Below, piece by piece: positions 58,651 through 64,000 of a stretch of DNA of 64,000 bases (the first letter of the stretch is position 1; each line of letters opens with the position of its first letter). The stretch is from Chryseobacterium sp. Lineage in GTDB: Bacteria; Bacteroidota; Bacteroidia; Flavobacteriales; Weeksellaceae. The notes below the pieces were generated by a model. That model had not been told where the DNA came from. It saw only the letters and a program-made list of their open reading frames with translations, and searched no databases. Position numbers and translations under genes: made by a program. The stretch spans positions 2,285,721 through 2,349,720 of the forward strand of contig NZ_JALIHL010000001.1 of the NCBI RefSeq assembly GCF_022869225.1. The letters are read 5' to 3'.

Positions 58651-60660
58651 ATGAAATCCATATTATTAAAAACACAAAAAATTATTTTTTTACTTTTTGG
58701 CTTTGCGGCTGCTTTTGCACAAAACAGTATGAAAATTCCCGGTGATGCCGTATTTTATATGGAGATCAACGGAAAACAGCTTAACAATAAAATCAATTGG
58801 AATAAGCTAAACCCTTTGTTACACGAATTAAGTAAAAAGAGCAAGGAAAAACCTTCATGGAATGATTATTCCAAAACCGGGATTAAATACGACGGAATTC
58901 AATATCATTATGCGGGTTTTAATGACTCTATAAAGACTTACAATACCCACTTTATCATAGATAACAAAGAGAAATTCCAGGAATTTATCAATTCCATCAA
59001 GAAAAAGGGATTGGAAGTATATAAGAAAACGAACTATTCTTATGTCGATATCGATGATGATATCTTTGTGGCATGGAATGGGGGACATGCGGTTCTTAGT
59101 ATGGTAAGCTATACGAAACCTTCTAAAGATCTTTGGGAAGATGCTGCTGTAGCAGACAGTACAGCCGTTGCTGTTGACAGTACTGAGGCTATGACTGACA
59201 GCATCTATGCTGAAGAACCGGAAAAACCTTTTGATTATAAAGAAGAAATAAAGTATCTGAAGGACGATATTAAATACCTGAAAGACAATATCAAGGAAAA
59301 TAACCTGGAAATTGCCCGGATTCAAAAAGATATTAAATACCTGGAAAAACATCATCAATATCCTCCGGATAAAGAAGAAGCTGAGCATTCTGAAAATGAA
59401 GAAGAAGCTCTTCCTAAAGAAGATGATGAAGCTGATAAGGCGTATCAAAAAGAACTTGACTCTATCAACAGAGAAAATTTCAAAATTGTAAAAAAATTGG
59501 CTGAAGGGCGATTTGATCAATATTTCAATTCAAATATGGAGGTTGAAGCGCCCAGGGAAATGCTTACTTTCAAAGATCCCCATTCGGATGTTTTTGTCTA
59601 CACCGATTATGGAAGAATCGTGAATGAAGGAATTTATGGGAAAATAATGAAAAGCTACGATTTTGCCAGAGCCTTTCAAAATATGTACAATTCAGATTAT
59701 GCCTACAATCTTTATTTTGACAAAGACAAAGTAAGACTGGTTAATAATTATCAGCATAAAAATGCTGAAATCCAGAAAAACTTTGCCTCCATTTATAAAG
59801 GGAAGAAAAATAAAAAGCTGTCAGCACTTATCAATGAAAAAAGTATTGGTTATTATATGATCAATGTAAACGGCGGAAAGTGCTTTGATCTCATGTACAG
59901 CCTTCTTCAGGAAACAGGAGACGGTGAATATAAAAAGGAAATGGAGCTGATGATGGAAACCATGAAAATTGTGTTGGATGAAGAGGCAATCACTAAAATT
60001 GCCCCGGGAAACGGAATTTTTGTTTTAAACGAACTGAAATCCAAACAAGTAGAGTATACCGATTATGAATATGATAATGATTACAATGAAAAAGAAGTAA
60101 AGAAAACCAAAGAGGTGGCTGTTCCTAATTTTACTTTTGCCTTTGCTACAGAGAATGAAGGCTATTGGAACCGTATTTTTAATGTATTGGCAACGAACAA
60201 AAAGCTGGCTAAGAATTTCTCGAAAAGTGGCAATTTTTATACGTTTAAAGATGATAAAAACGGAGGATATCTCGACCAGATGTTCTTTACGGTAAAAGAC
60301 GGGATTGTTTACCTGGTAAGCTCAAAAGAGAATATTATTTCAAATACTCAATCTGAAGTTTCCAAAAAGTGGGCAAAAGATTCATACAAATATCCTTTAT
60401 CCGGAAGATTGGATCTGAAGAGATTGTTAATTGGGCTGGATAAAGAATTCAAAAGTTCTTCAGAAAGGAAAATATTTGATCTTTTCAGAAAAAATGTAGG
60501 GGAAATGTATTATAAAACAGAGGTAAAAGGAGAAAGTATACAGACTGAAATGGATTATAACATCAAAGATTCTTCTGAAAACAGCTTAATGTATTTCTTT
60601 GATCTGTTTGATGATTTTTTTAAGAGTAAAGATTCAGAAAAAAAGCCGCAAATATTATAG
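58651..60660 (+). CDS. Secreted hypothetical protein (DUF4836-like) with coiled-coil insert
   Basis: Signal peptide ..FAQ; IPGDA; acidic YEYDNDYNE motif. Confidence 0.7.
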   Translation: MKSILLKTQKIIFLLFGFAAAFAQNSMKIPGDAVFYMEINGKQLNNKINWNKLNPLLHELSKKSKEKPSWNDYSKTGIKYDGIQYHYAGFNDSIKTYNTHFIIDNKEKFQEFINSIKKKGLEVYKKTNYSYVDIDDDIFVAWNGGHAVLSMVSYTKPSKDLWEDAAVADSTAVAVDSTEAMTDSIYAEEPEKPFDYKEEIKYLKDDIKYLKDNIKENNLEIARIQKDIKYLEKHHQYPPDKEEAEHSENEEEALPKEDDEADKAYQKELDSINRENFKIVKKLAEGRFDQYFNSNMEVEAPREMLTFKDPHSDVFVYTDYGRIVNEGIYGKIMKSYDFARAFQNMYNSDYAYNLYFDKDKVRLVNNYQHKNAEIQKNFASIYKGKKNKKLSALINEKSIGYYMINVNGGKCFDLMYSLLQETGDGEYKKEMELMMETMKIVLDEEAITKIAPGNGIFVLNELKSKQVEYTDYEYDNDYNEKEVKKTKEVAVPNFTFAFATENEGYWNRIFNVLATNKKLAKNFSKSGNFYTFKDDKNGGYLDQMFFTVKDGIVYLVSSKENIISNTQSEVSKKWAKDSYKYPLSGRLDLKRLLIGLDKEFKSSSERKIFDLFRKNVGEMYYKTEVKGESIQTEMDYNIKDSSENSLMYFFDLFDDFFKSKDSEKKPQIL

Positions 60661-61899
60661 ATGATTAAAAAGAAATATAGTGCTCCGTTCATTGTATTAC
60701 TGGCTGCAACAATTTATTTTGTATTTTTTTATAAGGACAAGACACTGAAGTTTGTTCCTAAAAATGCAGATGCAGTTGTTTTGGTCGATGTAAAGAAATT
60801 AACGGGGAAGTATCTCTATACTTTGGCTGTTCATCCTTCAGCATGGACTTTCTACAAAACAAAAAGGAAAGGCTCTGCTTCCCTAAAAGATTCCGGGATT
60901 AAAATTCCGGATTTCTTACAGGTTTTTCATCTTAAAGGCAGCAAATTCTCAGAGTGGTATACGGTTTTGGAGCTGAAGGATCAAAAAAAGCTGATTACTT
61001 TTTTAAAGAAGCACCAATTTATCAGCAAAGGGAAAAATCTCTTTCAAAAGGACCAGGTTTATCTTATCATAGAAGACGGGCACTGTATTTTCGGAACTTC
61101 AAATTCGGCCTTTACAACAATCCGTCAGCAGCTTCTTCAGGCTTCAGAAAAAAACACCTTTCATGCAGACCGGTTCATTCAGGGGACGGACGGAAGTATT
61201 TCCTTTATTTCCGGGCAGAAAATTCAAAATTTTTCTGTTGAACTGAAAGATGACGGCATCGAGATCAGCAACCATTCAAAATCAGAAAACTTGAATTCCC
61301 TGGCCTTAAAGCTGCAGCAGGGGAGTCATTTTTTAGAAATGGAATTAGATGCTGAAAATATAAAGAACGCGGGTCTTTTTTTTAGCAAAAGCAGGGCAGA
61401 CTTATCACAAATCAATTATTTCCGGGCCACAGCTGATCTTGAGCAGGTGAGTGATACCATTGTCAGCTACGGTTATGACGATGATTTTAATGAAATTGAA
61501 AAAAAGACCGTTCAAAAAATTATTCAGCCCAACTATATCATTGATCTTCAAAGCCGGGCCCCCGGAAAAACCTGGGATTATTTTCAGGCTAAGAAATGGA
61601 TTAATACCCGGAATCAGTTCACCGCGATTCCGTTCCAGCCCAATACGATCAGCCTAAGTGCCGGTGGAATTGTGATAAAGTCAATCAGAAAACCAATACC
61701 TTTATCTGCTAAACAAAACGAAAACTATATTTTCATAAGGAATATTCCTATGTTATCTTCTTCTTTAAGCGCTTTAAGTGAAACAGAGAAAAGACTCATT
61801 TCTGATATAGAGTATATATTGTATGGAAATAAAGCTCAGAATTATTGGGTCAAAGTAAAGACCAGGAATGGAAAATTACCCTTAATTTTGAGGAGGTAA
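60661..61899 (+). CDS. Membrane-anchored hypothetical protein, paralogue-like of the upstream gene
   Basis: N-terminal TM, VPKNADAV, YGYDDDFNE motif. Confidence 0.7.
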   Translation: MIKKKYSAPFIVLLAATIYFVFFYKDKTLKFVPKNADAVVLVDVKKLTGKYLYTLAVHPSAWTFYKTKRKGSASLKDSGIKIPDFLQVFHLKGSKFSEWYTVLELKDQKKLITFLKKHQFISKGKNLFQKDQVYLIIEDGHCIFGTSNSAFTTIRQQLLQASEKNTFHADRFIQGTDGSISFISGQKIQNFSVELKDDGIEISNHSKSENLNSLALKLQQGSHFLEMELDAENIKNAGLFFSKSRADLSQINYFRATADLEQVSDTIVSYGYDDDFNEIEKKTVQKIIQPNYIIDLQSRAPGKTWDYFQAKKWINTRNQFTAIPFQPNTISLSAGGIVIKSIRKPIPLSAKQNENYIFIRNIPMLSSSLSALSETEKRLISDIEYILYGNKAQNYWVKVKTRNGKLPLILRR

Positions 61900-61931
61900 A
61901 TCATTCCATCCCTAAAAAAGACTCTCAAGTA

Positions 61932-62270
61932 ATGGCCTCAACAGAAATTTTACTGCTCAAATCAATTACGCATTATTTTTTGCATCTGGTTTTCCCGGTG
62001 TTTATTGCCTTGATTTTTTTTCGCAAAAACTGGAAAAAGGCTTACCTTATTATGCTGGCTACAATGCTTGTAGATGTGGATCACCTTTTTGCCAATCCTG
62101 TTTTTGATCCTTCAAGAAATAGTATTGGGTTTCATTTTTTACATTCCTATTATGCGATTGCGGTGTATTTTCTGATGCTGTTTTTTAAAGGGAATATCAG
62201 AATTATTGCAGTCGGGCTGTTGTTTCATATGCTGACAGATTTTCAGGACTTTACCCTGTGGTCTCATTAA
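61932..62270 (+). CDS. DUF6122-like membrane protein
   Basis: Probable start MASTE; HYFLH, MLVDVDHL, RNSIGFHFLHSY, FHMLTD. Confidence 0.75.
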   Translation: MASTEILLLKSITHYFLHLVFPVFIALIFFRKNWKKAYLIMLATMLVDVDHLFANPVFDPSRNSIGFHFLHSYYAIAVYFLMLFFKGNIRIIAVGLLFHMLTDFQDFTLWSH

Positions 62271-62336
62271 AATATCATTAATATTTCCTTTTAATATTTC
62301 AAAAGTTATAGATTTTTTGTATTTTGTAGTCACTTT

Positions 62337-63407
62337 ATGAGACTTAAAGAACTTTTACATTATACTTATATTTTTCCTGTTCTTGCGGTAGGGTACTACT
62401 TTTCCGGAATGATAGGAGAAGGGGTTATCTATGATATTATTGCCGGAATTTTATTGATCGGGAGTGTGCTGTCGGCGGTACACCATGCTGAAGTGGTAGC
62501 CCATAAAGTAGGCGAGCCTTTTGGAACCATTATCCTGGCCCTCTGTATCACAATTATTGAAGTGGCGTTGATCATCTCACTGATGGTTGCCGGCGGAGAT
62601 CAGGCGATCACGCTGGCCAGAGATACCGTTTTTGCTGCCGTAATGCTTATTCTTAATGGAATTTTGGGAATCTGTATTCTGGTAGGTGGCGTTAAATACC
62701 ACGAACAGTTCTTTGCAAGAACTTCTGCCACAACTTACCTGGTAAGTATCGTTTCAATTTTGGTGCTTACCCTTGTTCTTCCAAATTTTACTTCAAGTGT
62801 CAACGGACCTTTCTATAATGAAGCTCAGCTTATCTTTATTTCCATTGCCTGCCTGGCCATATATGGCGTTTTTCTCATGGTGCAGACCGTACGGCACAGG
62901 AGTTATTTTATAGTACCTGATGAGCATCCTGAAGAACATTATATTCCTTCACTGACGAAAACAGTGATAAGTTTTGTCTTTCTGGTCGTTTGTCTGGCGA
63001 TTGTTGTGCTCATGGCAAAAGGATTATCCGATACCATTGAAAATATGGTACAAAGTTTAGGAGCTCCCAAGTCGTTGGTCGGAGTGATTATTGCTGCTGT
63101 AGTTCTTCTTCCGGAAGGGGTAGCGGCCATTCGTGCGGCAAGGGCCAATCAGATCCAGTCCAGTCTGAATCTGGCATTGGGTTCAGCGCTGGCCAGTATA
63201 GGATTGACAATTCCGGCCGTTTCAGCAGTATGTATCATGTACGATATTCCACTGGTGTTGGGATTGGATAAAAAAGATGTTATTCTGCTTTCTTTATCCG
63301 TATTTATTGTTATGCTTTCACTGAGCCGGGGAAAGACCAATGTCCTTTACGGAACAGTTCTTTTAGTGAATCTTGCAGCATATATATTTACGGTGATTGT
63401 TCCTTAA
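62337..63407 (+). CDS. chaA: Ca2+/H+ antiporter (CaCA, ChaA-like)
   Basis: HHAEVVAHKVGEPFGT, TIIEVALI, LLPEG..AA..NQIQSSLNLALGS. Confidence 0.9.
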   Translation: MRLKELLHYTYIFPVLAVGYYFSGMIGEGVIYDIIAGILLIGSVLSAVHHAEVVAHKVGEPFGTIILALCITIIEVALIISLMVAGGDQAITLARDTVFAAVMLILNGILGICILVGGVKYHEQFFARTSATTYLVSIVSILVLTLVLPNFTSSVNGPFYNEAQLIFISIACLAIYGVFLMVQTVRHRSYFIVPDEHPEEHYIPSLTKTVISFVFLVVCLAIVVLMAKGLSDTIENMVQSLGAPKSLVGVIIAAVVLLPEGVAAIRAARANQIQSSLNLALGSALASIGLTIPAVSAVCIMYDIPLVLGLDKKDVILLSLSVFIVMLSLSRGKTNVLYGTVLLVNLAAYIFTVIVP

Positions 63408-63541
63408 CCACTAACGTTTTCTTATCTACTGTCTTCGCAGGATTAACCGGTGATGTCTTTCGACCTTTGAACATTAAACAGCTTATAAAAAATGACAACA
63501 ATCTCCGAAGATTGTTGCCATTTTATTAATGTTTATATCGA

Positions 63542-63955
63542 TTAATCTTGCATTTCCCATAGCTCTCCTTCTCCTTGATAGCCATTTTGTAACCACATTT
63601 TATCAAAAGCATGGCTAAGGGTCTTACCGGCTTCTTTGCCATAACAATTGAAAGAAACTTTATTGGGACTGTGTACTTTCATTTCCCACTCTTCTCCTTC
63701 TCCTTGGATGCCTTTCTGTAACCATAATTTATCGAAGGCATGGCTTAAGTATAATCCGTTTTCTCTACTAATGCATTTTAATGCAACTCTATTATGGGAT
63801 AATTCTTCAAGAATGAAGACTTCACCTAATCCTTTAATGCCATTTTGAAGAAAAACATCTGCATTTCCGTGGCTTAAGAATTTTCCTTTTTCTTTTCCTT
63901 GAGCTTGTAATAATATTACTTTAGCTATTTTTACGTTTTCTTGAGTTAATTCCAT
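63542..63955 (-). CDS. Three-repeat beta-trefoil-like (fascin/lectin-like) protein
   Basis: Three units of about 43 aa with consensus GxxLSHxxxxxxLQxGxxGxGExW/F. Confidence 0.7.
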   Translation of the reverse strand: MELTQENVKIAKVILLQAQGKEKGKFLSHGNADVFLQNGIKGLGEVFILEELSHNRVALKCISRENGLYLSHAFDKLWLQKGIQGEGEEWEMKVHSPNKVSFNCYGKEAGKTLSHAFDKMWLQNGYQGEGELWEMQD

Positions 63956-64000
63956 GATTTCTAAGTTTTTTTTTGATTTCCTACTCTAGTTGCTTTTCGG

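Noticed and set aside
58855-59520. 221-aa minus-strand Phe/Ile-rich ORF
   Set aside because: Antisense shadow of a Lys/Glu/Asp-rich gene; apparent hydrophobicity is an artefact.
1-64000. tRNA, rRNA, CRISPR array, prophage, integrase
   Set aside because: None recognised by eye; the IMC-type domain belongs to a host secreted protein with no phage genes nearby. tRNAscan-SE and Rfam were not run.

Overview
Chromosomal segment of a Bacteroidota bacterium, most likely Chryseobacterium. This is inferred from the T9SS C-terminal sorting domains, TAnnTTTG promoters and gene content. Housekeeping genes at both ends (pepT, HMG-CoA lyase, rhodanese, csaA-like; comM, S46 peptidase, hflX, antiporters) flank several accessory blocks. 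(1) 6950-16256: T9SS protein, a broken YD-shell gene, an Rhs toxin with a lipase-like tip, and a putative immunity gene, followed by mobile-element debris (398-bp internally deleted IS481 derivative, decayed and partly duplicated serine resolvase). (2) 18046-22868: lipoprotein, 7TM protein, sensor-less histidine kinase and LuxR-type regulator, upstream of a metacaspase and a signal-less trypsin-like zymogen whose predicted activation site follows an Arg. This is a candidate signal-controlled protease cascade and the most novel-looking system here. (3) LytS/LytTR with an RND pump and a USP sharing 21-bp-period repeats. (4) An ECF sigma with a TM/beta-barrel anti-sigma candidate. (5) 38509-41157: an sdpC-sdpA-sdpB-like toxin cluster in a Gram-negative. 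(6) An internally deleted NRPS. (7) A T9SS/fibre operon with an intramolecular-chaperone domain. Several conserved genes carry 1-2 bp deletions, mostly in homopolymers, which may be assembly errors. No rRNA, tRNA or CRISPR array was seen. Family names come from motifs recognised by eye; no searches were run.
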